A DNA stretch of 60,364 nt from Candidatus Altiarchaeota archaeon. Lineage in GTDB: Archaea > SpSt-1190. Numbering within the stretch: the first letter of the stretch is position 1; every line of letters starts with the position of its first letter. Where the stretch lies: NCBI GenBank assembly GCA_018220935.1, contig JAAOXU010000030.1, forward strand, positions 1-60,364, read 5' to 3'. The notes beneath the pieces were generated by a model. That model made no database searches. It was not told the DNA's origin and saw nothing but the letters and a program-made list of their open reading frames with translations. Shown one piece after another: positions 20,601 through 28,600 of the stretch. The position numbers and the translations under genes were made by a program.

Positions 20601-23297
20601 ATCACCACAAGAGTATTTATTATTAGTTAGATTGGTTGTCCAATTATTCTCAGGTAATTCGATTGTTAGATTTGTGGCTTGTGCAACAGTTGTACCCAAA
20701 TTTGTAGTATTAAGTACTAAAGTAAAATTTTCAAAGGTATACCACCGCATTAAAGTTGAATTAAATTCGGTCGGAATAGTTTCTATACCTAAGTATGTGA
20801 CAAAAATATTTAGTGAAATATTAGTAAGATCGTATGTATTAAATCCAGATGCATTCAAAACACCGTTAGATTCCCCAAGTGGTTGAGCATCAGGAACAAA
20901 TGCCCAAACACTAACTGAAACATTTTCACCTTGATTGAGCGCCGAAATATTTGAAGGTGTAAAATTAAAGGTCATATTTTCAAGACCAGTTACATTAAAT
21001 GTTAGATTCTCAAAAGGATAATTCCCAATAGACAAAATTGAAAGGTTTGTAAGATAATTCCAGTTACCAGGGGAAACAGTTTCATTCACAAGGGTCTCAA
21101 TTATTTCAATTACAGGGTTAGGTTCAATTGAAATGTTAAAGGTATTGTTAATTTCATCAAGCGTGTTGTCTGAATTTCTCCACCTTGTTGTCGTATTAAG
21201 GATATAGTATCCTGGCGTTGTATTTTTAGGTGCACTAATCTCAAAATATAGGGGATCAGAATAACCTAAATTCAAATCACTTGCAGTTGAAAAACTTGTG
21301 TTTACCCACCATAAAAGTGGGGGATAAATTGTAATATTAGTATCATATGAAGTTCCATTTCCTAGATTAGTTATGTTTGAGAGCATAGTAAAATTATACC
21401 GATTATTTAGTGTTGCATTATCTCCACTCCCTTCTGCAAAGTTCATCACGGTCGTGACACTTGTAGTATATTCAATTGCAATAAATTGATCATTACCACT
21501 TCCAGTATTGTTTAACTTAGTAGAATTACAAACTAAATCAAAAATGCTAAATGACGAAGGTGCTGTAAAATTAATAAAGTATGTTCCGTTGTCATAATCA
21601 GTTACATTCTCAAATGCATCAACCCCTTGCCCATATGTACAATTAATAGTTGCACCACCAATAAATGAATCATCACGATAATTTGTAAGAGTGAGTGTTG
21701 AATTAATAGTTCTATCCACAAATCCATAGTCATTTAGAATTGTTAGGTTTGAGGTATATGTATTTTGAATATTAAAACTAGAATTACTAGTGTTTAGGAG
21801 TTGATTTAGTTCACCCCAAACATATGAACTAAAATTCCACAAACCCGTTGAGTTTGATACATTCACAGTAAACCAATTAGTGTATAAGTCATCATCAGCA
21901 ACTTGATCACCATTAGTCCCATCATCATATAGAATAGTCTCAAAAACACCACCATCAGACGTAATAGTTGCGTTAACAAGGTCTATAAGGCCTGAATCAG
22001 TCGTTGCATTGACAAAAACAGTCACATTTTCACCCTTATTAAAATCAGAATAGTCTGTTAGAGCGTCTATTATTACAGTCCATTTTTCAGATAAAGTTTT
22101 AGTGGTATTTTCAGGAAATACAAGTCGATCTCTTAAATTTCTAACTTGTGCATCAGTTGGGGAACCACGAATCCAAGATGGGCTGTTAAAGTGCAAGTAA
22201 CCAACATCATAAATAGTTTCATTTTGTGTGAGGTTTGTCGTTGATAATTCAATACCACCCCGTCCAATACTTGAATTTTGATTTACTGTTGCGAAGTTTC
22301 CGCTATTAAATAAATTGATTATACCTACATGAAAGTTTGCAAATTCAGCAGCAAACCAATACCATGAACCCGGTTCATTAGCATTACCAATGATAATATT
22401 TGCAAATGCAATTTTTGCAACTTCAAATGCAAGTGCACCCGCATTAGTTGAATTTCTACTAATGTTATACGCTGCAAGGTTAGTATATTCTTGTTCAACT
22501 TTTACCCATTGACTCTGGTTGTAAAAGGTATATGTTTTTTTCATCATACCTTCTTGTATATCCGTGGTATTCCAGATGACTTCAGGTCCAACTAAATCAG
22601 TAACGACTCTAATTGATCCAGCATATTTTACAGTTAAATTATTTTGAAAATCAAATGTGAAATTATGAGTATCGTTACTGTATTGTGTATATTCTAGTGG
22701 ATTTTCAGTTTCAGTAGGTACTGTCCAAAACTCATTACCATCAGCATCTCGTATACGATATATACCTGAAATGTTTTCTCCACGAGACGTATCAAGATAA
22801 TATTCAAGGCCCTCATATGAACCGCTGTAATAAATTGAGACATTAATTAAGAATTCTTCACCATCCCAAAGGTAGGAAATATTCTCATAATTTGTTGGTG
22901 TTTTGTCATCAGTATCATAGTAAAGACAATATGTTTTGATTGTAAATGTAGGTATAGTACCATTCATTATCCAAACAAGTTCACCCTCAAAATTATCAGT
23001 ACTATTAAATTCATATGAAGGGTCAAATTGACTTTCAATTTCATACAGATATGCACCACTTGACGTATTTTGTTCAATTAACCTAAAAGATGAAATGTTA
23101 ATTGTTCCCGGAGCGCCTGTTGACTGTATCTCTTGTGTGAGGTTAAGACTAAATTCAATAGGCCAATACTCACGGGAATAATTAGACGTATTCACTTCCA
23201 AACAAACTCGGTAATCCCAAGATGCGTCCCACCAACTAAGCTTTGCTAGGGCAGGTAAAGTAATCATAAACAGCAATAAGGCTAGCCTTAACCTCAC
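17637..23297 (-). CDS. Large membrane-anchored surface protein (DUF2341-like N-terminus, Ig/CARDB-like domains, helical bundle, TM, SHOCT-like tail)
   Basis: Signal peptide MRLRLALLLFMITLPALA; WWDASWDYR motif; LYDDGTNGDQVADDDLYT (choice-of-anchor X-like); repeated N.GN Ig motifs; TM WYLILIFIAIIGLVAVIAL; tail LKDQYEEGMISRETFEELK. Confidence 0.88.
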   Translation of the reverse strand: MRLRLALLLFMITLPALAKLSWWDASWDYRVCLEVNTSNYSREYWPIEFSLNLTQEIQSTGAPGTINISSFRLIEQNTSSGAYLYEIESQFDPSYEFNSTDNFEGELVWIMNGTIPTFTIKTYCLYYDTDDKTPTNYENISYLWDGEEFLINVSIYYSGSYEGLEYYLDTSRGENISGIYRIRDADGNEFWTVPTETENPLEYTQYSNDTHNFTFDFQNNLTVKYAGSIRVVTDLVGPEVIWNTTDIQEGMMKKTYTFYNQSQWVKVEQEYTNLAAYNISRNSTNAGALAFEVAKIAFANIIIGNANEPGSWYWFAAEFANFHVGIINLFNSGNFATVNQNSSIGRGGIELSTTNLTQNETIYDVGYLHFNSPSWIRGSPTDAQVRNLRDRLVFPENTTKTLSEKWTVIIDALTDYSDFNKGENVTVFVNATTDSGLIDLVNATITSDGGVFETILYDDGTNGDQVADDDLYTNWFTVNVSNSTGLWNFSSYVWGELNQLLNTSNSSFNIQNTYTSNLTILNDYGFVDRTINSTLTLTNYRDDSFIGGATINCTYGQGVDAFENVTDYDNGTYFINFTAPSSFSIFDLVCNSTKLNNTGSGNDQFIAIEYTTSVTTVMNFAEGSGDNATLNNRYNFTMLSNITNLGNGTSYDTNITIYPPLLWWVNTSFSTASDLNLGYSDPLYFEISAPKNTTPGYYILNTTTRWRNSDNTLDEINNTFNISIEPNPVIEIIETLVNETVSPGNWNYLTNLSILSIGNYPFENLTFNVTGLENMTFNFTPSNISALNQGENVSVSVWAFVPDAQPLGESNGVLNASGFNTYDLTNISLNIFVTYLGIETIPTEFNSTLMRWYTFENFTLVLNTTNLGTTVAQATNLTIELPENNWTTNLTNNKYSCGDLQINEYCESAFNVGLMGSSPGTYIIRANVSWINPGVGVSYNVTDVSINVSSHQEFIVNQSFIANNATHGTSTVIGFYTLINTGNDQVTSMGTNVLNLPDFTFVFNPVISSLAAGNITDIDVNVTIPAGYIPGYYLGTNNVTSSGGGYDEVFLNVTIPTSKTWEHSPQNCTTPVAFDLGTMCGVFFNNTGNVPLNFSISPETSNYTFPNTTNFTIPKQTTYLIDFLWNITGVARDYYNATYNISVEGGTPSWDYFNLSMIPRELAEINTSFSVNLSQELETFTIYVNVTDKSAQGLNFSRIVVFKPNNGTEFINLNLISQFNVTYYYSTDYPTVGGISDVFGNYTFQIEIQDNLGLTSRVNITKYIYPLLEIPIETIYGTYFLGETVSLYVNSTDYAGTLISSNLSIFIHDPFGDLRYLEELSTPGKVEPIPTFSLASDAPIGNYTVFVNGTHYDGIANKTVYANATYQFKAREDYNIEFDTSLVWYPDSTMNFYVLTYGDRPFPPPEKINLTVYDPAQNIYFSTESFSQFDATNTSTLYTYSFAMPVNSPVGYYLAVLTLEEGGRQIKKLESFRVTYGGPFDVVILNIEPEVEVSTSQDFDILLENMGDFGQDVFVSYWVEKDNVKYDEVKGEAIFVAAGGNRTLNRSLNIFSNQLPGNYTLNVLLNYSTVSPPIEVSRTFNVIAATTEGEPLEILEPVQAAVIELTVTNLFPDQLILNRGSVGYLTIELKNTGNIDLTAITVFFEDIEKEWFEVVRDIDLLSAGSNGYLVVKFSIPDSASARTYVTKLRIIAKEIEVSEFYKILVFKTQEEALRARINTLQSELLDLEDQTGKVAARGGDVTKILSLLRKSRELLEVADTYLLEDSVVDAIKTISEAESVIEEIKYRLEIAKPDFLPTILLPQIPTKWYLILIFIAIIGLVAVIALKKFNVFKDKERRTSLLKIKNTLIRSREENEYSDVYDALKDQYEEGMISRETFEELKGLIK

Positions 23298-23400
23298 AAA
23301 ACCCTTAAACGGCTTAGATTAAAAGCATTAACCCTGAATTAAGGTTTTTTTCACAAAAGAACAAAGAAAAAGTATTTACTGGGCAATTGAGACACGGAGT

Positions 23401-23565
23401 TCAGTTTAATTTGGCTAAATCGTGTTCAAGAGCATGAACCTCAAATGGTGCACCCTCCTCCCCATCATCCTCAAAATAGTCTGCCATGAGCATGTTTAGA
23501 ACTATATCTAGTTTCTTTTCCAATTCCTTTATCTTTAATTCCAGGTTTTGTAGCTCTTTACCCAT
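23401..23565 (-). CDS. 54-aa hypothetical protein (N-terminal coiled coil, acidic tail); not in ORF track
   Basis: Translates to MGKELQNLELKIKELEKKLDIVLNMLMADYFEDDGEEGAPFEVHALEHDLAKLN*. Minus-strand TTTATA box ~23 nt upstream; fills an otherwise empty gap. Confidence 0.7.
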   Translation of the reverse strand: MGKELQNLELKIKELEKKLDIVLNMLMADYFEDDGEEGAPFEVHALEHDLAKLN

Positions 23566-23649
23566 AACTTCGTAGAAAACTCAAGCAATATAAGATTAAC
23601 TAAAAGAAGTGGAAACTTTATTAACTAAAACGTGGGTTACATATTTGTT

Positions 23650-23721
23650 GCCCTGATAGCTTAGTGGTAGAGCGCCTGGCTGTTAACCAGGAGGTCGCAG
23701 GTTCGAACCCTGCTCAGGGCG
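23650..23721 (+). tRNA. tRNA-Asn(GTT)
   Basis: Acceptor GCCCTGA/TCAGGGC, anticodon arm CCTGG-CTGTTAA-CCAGG, T-loop GTTCGAA; CCA not encoded. Confidence 0.97.
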
Positions 23722-23727
23722 CTTAGG

Positions 23728-23761
23728 CTTTTTAGTCAACTTTTTTCCGATAAAAGGTTGC
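23728..23761. repeat. Dispersed palindrome family, copy 1
   Basis: CTTTTTAGT-CAACTTTTT-TCCGAT-AAAAGGTTG, immediately after tRNA-Asn. Confidence 0.7.
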
Positions 23762-23789
23762 AATAACTTAAAAACTACAAAAACCGAAG

Positions 23790-23821
23790 CTTTTTGGTCA
23801 AGCTTTTTGCTAAAAAGCTTG
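23790..23821. repeat. Dispersed palindrome family, copy 2
   Basis: CTTTTTGGT-CAAGCTTTTT-GCT-AAAAAGCTTG (perfect 10-bp stem), ending 3 nt before tRNA-Ser. Confidence 0.75.
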
Positions 23822-23824
23822 CGT

Positions 23825-23905
23825 GCCGGGATGGCAGAGTGGTTAATGCGCTAGCTTGGAAAGCTAGTCCCTTTGGGATCATGGGTTCGAATCCCATTCC
23901 CGGCG
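23825..23905 (+). tRNA. tRNA-Ser(GGA)
   Basis: Acceptor GCCGGGA/TCCCGGC, anticodon arm CTAGC-TTGGAAA-GCTAG, variable arm TCCC-TTT-GGGA, GTTCGAA. Confidence 0.96.
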
Positions 23906-23906
23906 T

Positions 23907-24476
23907 ATGTTTACTTTAGCTTCTAGATCAAGTTCTAGAATTGAATTACTAAAAGACGCAGGATATGATTTTGAAATTTCACCATCGGGTTTTGATGAAA
24001 CACGTCTTATGGTACCACCCCCAGAAGTTGCGTGTGAGAAAATTGCAATTGAAAAAGCAAAGTCTGTTGGAGGCAAGGTAGTTTTGGCGGCAGATACAAT
24101 TGTTTGGCTTGATGGTAAGATAATTGGAAAACCAACAACAGATGACAATGCAATAAAGATGCTACAACGACTAAGCAATAGTTGGTATGATGTTTATACA
24201 GGTGTTGCCATCGTTTCAGGAACTGAAGTCTTTTCATTTTATGATTTGGCAAAAGCCAAATTCAGAAAAATTCCTGAAGTTGAGATTAAAAATTATGCTA
24301 AAAATTTTCCATTAAAAAACTATGCAGGAAGTCACACCACAAGAGGATACGGTGCCACTTTTCTTGAAAAGCTCGACGGTAATCTTTTTACCATATTAGG
24401 TCTGCCATTATCAAAAGTTTATGAAGGTCTTGCTAGGTTTGATGTTTATCCAGATATGAAAAAGGCAAGTAATTAG
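23907..24476 (+). CDS. maf: Maf-family nucleoside triphosphate pyrophosphatase
   Basis: LASRSSSR, FDE, EKA, LAADT, IIGKP and GLP motifs. Confidence 0.9.
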   Translation: MFTLASRSSSRIELLKDAGYDFEISPSGFDETRLMVPPPEVACEKIAIEKAKSVGGKVVLAADTIVWLDGKIIGKPTTDDNAIKMLQRLSNSWYDVYTGVAIVSGTEVFSFYDLAKAKFRKIPEVEIKNYAKNFPLKNYAGSHTTRGYGATFLEKLDGNLFTILGLPLSKVYEGLARFDVYPDMKKASN

Positions 24477-25855
24477 ATATCAAATTTAACTTTTGGCCCT
24501 TCTTTAGTGTCTTCAATTGAGATTCCTTCTTCTTTTAGATTATCTCTAATTAGGTCACTCATTGTGAATTTTTCTTCAGTTCTAAGTTCTTGTCTTAATT
24601 CTGCTAATTCAGTTGCAAGTCTGTATTCTTTTTTTGTCCAAGATTTTTCCGGTAAAAATGCAAAAATTTCATCTAAGGTTTTTAGGGCTTTGAGTGTAAT
24701 TGAGTTTGACTTTTCATCTAAGTCATTTGCTAAAACTAAAGAAGCAATAAAATGTATATTTTTGTATGCCTCGGGCGTTTTTAGATCGTTTTCTAGAGCT
24801 ACAAGAGATTTGTCAAACTCCATTTGTATTTCCTTTGATAAGTCAACATCCCCATATAGTTTTTGTTCATCTCTTTGAAGTACATCATACCAGGCCCTAG
24901 CAACTTTAGTCCACTGTTCCCTTGCCTTTTTCATCTTGTCCCAAGTAAAATCAAGTTGAGTTCTGTAATGAGCACTTAAAAGATAATATCTAAGGATCTC
25001 AGGAGAAAAACTGTCAAGGAGTTGATCAATCCCAACAAAATTTCCCAAAGACTTACTCATTTTTGCTTTTGATATAGTAAGATACGCAACATGTACCCAA
25101 TTGTTTACCCAAGGTCCACCAATTGATGCCTCACTTTGTGCAATTTCATTTTCATGGTGTGGAAATACCAAATCAACCCCACCACCATGAATATCAAATT
25201 TGTCCCCAAAATAAGTCGAACTCATCGCAGAACACTCAATATGCCAGCCAGGTCTACCATCCCCAAAGGGTGCATACCAAAAGGGTTCTCCTTTTTTCTT
25301 GAATTTCCAAACTGCAAAATCCCCAGGATTCTTTTTATTTTTGTTTTCTTCGATTCTACCAATTTTTGGATCATTTAAGTTTACTTTTGAAAGTTTACCG
25401 TAGTCTTTTTGTTTTGAGATATCAAAGTAAAGACCGTTTTCAATTTTGTAAACGTAATTTTTGTTTAATAGGTCTTGAATTAATTCAATAATTTCTTGCA
25501 TATGAGTTGTCACATGCGGAAAAGTATAGGGCATCTTAATTTTTAGTTTATCTAACATCCAAAAGAAGTACCGAGTATATACATCTGGAACAACTTGCCA
25601 ACTATCTTCTTTTTTTGCTGCGTTGATTATTTTGTCATCAATATCAGTTAAATTTATTATGAGTTTTACTTCATTTTTTTGATATTCTAGGTATCGTCTT
25701 AAAAAATCAAAGAATATGTAGGTTCTAGCGTGTCCTACGTGACTTTTGTCATATGGGGTTGGACCACAAACATACATTGAAACTTCTCCTTTTTTAATTG
25801 GTTTAAAGTCTTCAAGGTTTCGAGTTAATGTATTAAATAATTTTATTGTGTCCAC
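24473..25855 (-). CDS. cysS: Cysteine--tRNA ligase
   Basis: YVCGPT, HVGH, GRPGWHIECS, FPHHENE and KMSKS. Confidence 0.98.
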   Translation of the reverse strand: MDTIKLFNTLTRNLEDFKPIKKGEVSMYVCGPTPYDKSHVGHARTYIFFDFLRRYLEYQKNEVKLIINLTDIDDKIINAAKKEDSWQVVPDVYTRYFFWMLDKLKIKMPYTFPHVTTHMQEIIELIQDLLNKNYVYKIENGLYFDISKQKDYGKLSKVNLNDPKIGRIEENKNKKNPGDFAVWKFKKKGEPFWYAPFGDGRPGWHIECSAMSSTYFGDKFDIHGGGVDLVFPHHENEIAQSEASIGGPWVNNWVHVAYLTISKAKMSKSLGNFVGIDQLLDSFSPEILRYYLLSAHYRTQLDFTWDKMKKAREQWTKVARAWYDVLQRDEQKLYGDVDLSKEIQMEFDKSLVALENDLKTPEAYKNIHFIASLVLANDLDEKSNSITLKALKTLDEIFAFLPEKSWTKKEYRLATELAELRQELRTEEKFTMSDLIRDNLKEEGISIEDTKEGPKVKFDI

Positions 25856-25907
25856 CTAATAAGTCGTAAACTACGCCGGATATAAAAGATTGTGTATATT
25901 AGTTTTA
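25856..25907. promoter_or_regulatory. Bidirectional promoter with one central TATA box (cysS / ASCH gene)
   Basis: ATATAAAA at 25880-25887 lies ~20-25 nt from both divergent start codons. Confidence 0.6.
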
Positions 25908-26330
25908 ATGCATCATTTAGCTGTGTTACACAAAGGACCCTTGACCAACATCCTTTTAGGAAAGAAAACTATTGAGAGTAGGTTTACAAAAAATAAGTGT
26001 TTACCCCATACCAAAATTAAAGTAGATGACATAATTTTACTAAAGGAAAGTTCTGGACCTATAAGGGGAAAAGTTCAAGTTTCAAAAGTGTTATTTTTTA
26101 GTAATCTTAATCCAAAAAAAGTCAATACATTATTTAGTCAGTATCCTCAAATTAAAGCAGACCCTAATTTCGTATTAAAAAAGGGTGATTCAAAATTTGC
26201 AACACTTATATTCTTAAAAAAGGTCCAACCACTAAAAAAACCAATTTATATCAATAAAAAAGATAGACGAGCTTGGGTTATTCTAGATTCCCCCACACAA
26301 CAGTCTTTAGGGTTGTCATCTCTTTCATAG
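25908..26330 (+). CDS. ASCH/PUA-like domain protein
   Basis: ILLGKKTIESR motif. ATG at 25908 (MHHLAVL) preferred over TTG at 25890 by TATA spacing. Confidence 0.85.
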   Translation: MHHLAVLHKGPLTNILLGKKTIESRFTKNKCLPHTKIKVDDIILLKESSGPIRGKVQVSKVLFFSNLNPKKVNTLFSQYPQIKADPNFVLKKGDSKFATLIFLKKVQPLKKPIYINKKDRRAWVILDSPTQQSLGLSSLS

Positions 26331-27678
26331 TTTGCAAAAGACCCTCTCTACCCATACCAGCACCGGGAGATTCACCATATGGGAAAACACCAAGTGAATG
26401 GAAAGGAGCCCCATTTATATGAATCGAACCCTCATCAAGTCTTCTCTCAACATAAAATACTTGTCTTGCACTCTCCGTAAAAAGAGACGAATCAAGTCTG
26501 TATGGTAGTGCGTTAAAGTGACTAATTAGCCAATCTAAGTCCCTAAATTGCATTATTGGAATTACTGGACCAAAAGTTTCTTCATTTGCAATTTTCATAT
26601 GTTCATCTACTTTATCAAGCACAAGTGGATAAACTATATTTTTTTCAACCTTATATTCAGTTAGTGGAATTGCACCTCTACTTATTGCGTCTTCGATCAA
26701 AGTTTTGATAGATTTTACTGCACCATGGTTTATCAAAGGTCCAACATCGACCCCTTTCTTTAGTTGGTCACCAACTTTAAATCGTGCAACTTCTTTTACA
26801 ATTTTTTCTGTTAGTTCTTCTTTAATCTCATCATGAGCCATAGTAATTGAGAGTGCATTACACCTCTGACCCGAGAGTCCAAGTGAACCATTGGCAATTT
26901 CTTTTGCTGCCAAATCAAGGTTTGCATCGGGTAAAACTATTGCTGGTGCCTTACCACCTAATTCAAGGTGAAGTCTTTTCATACCAGCATTCTCAGCTAT
27001 CCACTTCCCAACTTCATAACTCCCAGTAAAAGCTATCATTTTTGGAATGATATTACTAACCATTTCCCCACCAACTTTTGAGCCAGAACCAGTTAAGGAA
27101 TTCATAACCCCAGGTGGTAAAATTTCCCTTGCTGCATCTGCAAACTCCATAAAAGTTAAGGGGTCATCAGTTGCTGGTTTGGCCACTACAGTATTACCAG
27201 CCGCAATTGCTGGGGCCACCTTTGCCACAACTGCAAAGAAAGGATAGTTGAAAGGACCAATGGCACTCACCACCCCCAGAGGCTCACGAAATACTGTCGC
27301 TACTTTGCCCTTTGTCCTTATAGTTTCACCTTTATTAAAAAATACTTCACTTGCTGCGACACTTAGTCTCTCACCAGTACCTTTAACTTCAGACTCACAA
27401 GCTTTTACAGGCTTACCACTTTCTTTTGCCATAGTTAAAGCCAAAGATTTTTTGTTTTTCTTTACCCAGTTGGATAGTTGGGTTAACATTTCCCTTTTAT
27501 CTTCAGCCGTAGTGAATTTAAATTTTCTAAAAGCATGTTGTGCACCCTCAATTGCACCGCGTGTTTGATCTTTTGTAGCACTAACTACGTGACCAACGGT
27601 AGAATCATCATATGGGTTTTTTACTTCAATTGACTCCCCAGATGCATGGTGATTACCGATAACTAAGTATTTTTTCAT
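26278..27678 (-). CDS. Aldehyde dehydrogenase family protein, probably non-phosphorylating GAP dehydrogenase (GAPN)
   Basis: PFNYP, FTGS, LELGGK, SGQRC and EETFGP; located near GAPDH. Confidence 0.85.
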   Translation of the reverse strand: MKKYLVIGNHHASGESIEVKNPYDDSTVGHVVSATKDQTRGAIEGAQHAFRKFKFTTAEDKREMLTQLSNWVKKNKKSLALTMAKESGKPVKACESEVKGTGERLSVAASEVFFNKGETIRTKGKVATVFREPLGVVSAIGPFNYPFFAVVAKVAPAIAAGNTVVAKPATDDPLTFMEFADAAREILPPGVMNSLTGSGSKVGGEMVSNIIPKMIAFTGSYEVGKWIAENAGMKRLHLELGGKAPAIVLPDANLDLAAKEIANGSLGLSGQRCNALSITMAHDEIKEELTEKIVKEVARFKVGDQLKKGVDVGPLINHGAVKSIKTLIEDAISRGAIPLTEYKVEKNIVYPLVLDKVDEHMKIANEETFGPVIPIMQFRDLDWLISHFNALPYRLDSSLFTESARQVFYVERRLDEGSIHINGAPFHSLGVFPYGESPGAGMGREGLLQTMKEMTTLKTVVWGNLE

Positions 27679-27729
27679 ATTAGTAGTAACACCTAGGTAA
27701 TTTAAACGAGTTTAAGGACTCCAGAGTTG

Positions 27730-28452
27730 TTAAATTCCAGTGGGAAGGTCTATGAACTCCGTTTTGACCCCGAAGTTCTCTTCTAGCTTTTTTCCAATGG
27801 CTTTGACACCATAAGTCTCAGTAAAATAATGGCCCAATGCAATCACGTTTATGTGGTTTTCAAGGGCATAGTGGTAACCATGATGATTAAATTCTCCCGT
27901 GATAAAGGTTGTATTTGGTTTTACTGAAAATAACAAATTAGTTCCCATCCCAGTACAAACAGTAATTTCGTTTAAGTCTTCTGGACCAAACTGCCCAACA
28001 AATGTTGGCTCTTCAAGTTTTGCAGCTCTTTGGAGTAATTCGTCAAAATTTCCTTTAAAATTAGTAGTAAAACTGACACTTCCTTCAATTGATTTAGGTA
28101 TTAGTCCTAGTGCACGAATTAGTTCTGCATTGTTTCCAACTTCGCTATGCGCGTCAAGTGGAAGGTGTGATGCATAAAGGCTCATTTTATGATCCATTAA
28201 ATATCTCACACGGTTTGCCATCTCCCCCGCAATTACAGGACTAATGCGTGTCCAGTAGAGTCCATGATGGGTTATCATTAAGTCAGCCTTAGCTTTTTCA
28301 AATACACTAATAGATGCATCAGTTGCCAAAGCTATTGTTTTTATTTCGTCACTAGCCTCGACTTGTAAACCGTTTAGAGCCTGATCATCAAGAAAATTAT
28401 TGTGACCTAGATAATTATTCATCCAATCAGTTAGTTCAGTTAGATTTACCAC
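27730..28452 (-). CDS. Nif3-like dinuclear metal centre protein (YbgI/DUF34)
   Basis: NGLQV, THHG, SHLPLDAH, GNN and GHYFTE. Confidence 0.93.
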   Translation of the reverse strand: MVNLTELTDWMNNYLGHNNFLDDQALNGLQVEASDEIKTIALATDASISVFEKAKADLMITHHGLYWTRISPVIAGEMANRVRYLMDHKMSLYASHLPLDAHSEVGNNAELIRALGLIPKSIEGSVSFTTNFKGNFDELLQRAAKLEEPTFVGQFGPEDLNEITVCTGMGTNLLFSVKPNTTFITGEFNHHGYHYALENHINVIALGHYFTETYGVKAIGKKLEENFGVKTEFIDLPTGI

Positions 28453-28496
28453 AAGTTTTGGTGTCTTAGCACTCTAAAAAACTTCCCGCAAGGTGA

Positions 28497-28547
28497 TTTT
28501 TGGTCAAGGTTTTTGAGCCGAGCGAAGCTAGTGCGAAAAAAAACTTG
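28497..28547. repeat. Dispersed palindrome family, copy 3 (enlarged loop containing GCGAAGC)
   Basis: TTTTTGGT-CAAGGTTTTT-GAGCCGAGCGAAGCTAGTGCG-AAAAAAAACTTG. Confidence 0.65.
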
Positions 28548-28600
28548 CTTGGTAAGAGTTTTATACTACCGTAATACTTTGTATTACTAAGGTGACACAA

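Noticed and set aside
23879-24178. 99-aa minus-strand ORF ending REWDSNP
   Set aside because: Antisense to maf; the ending is the reverse translation of the tRNA T-arm.
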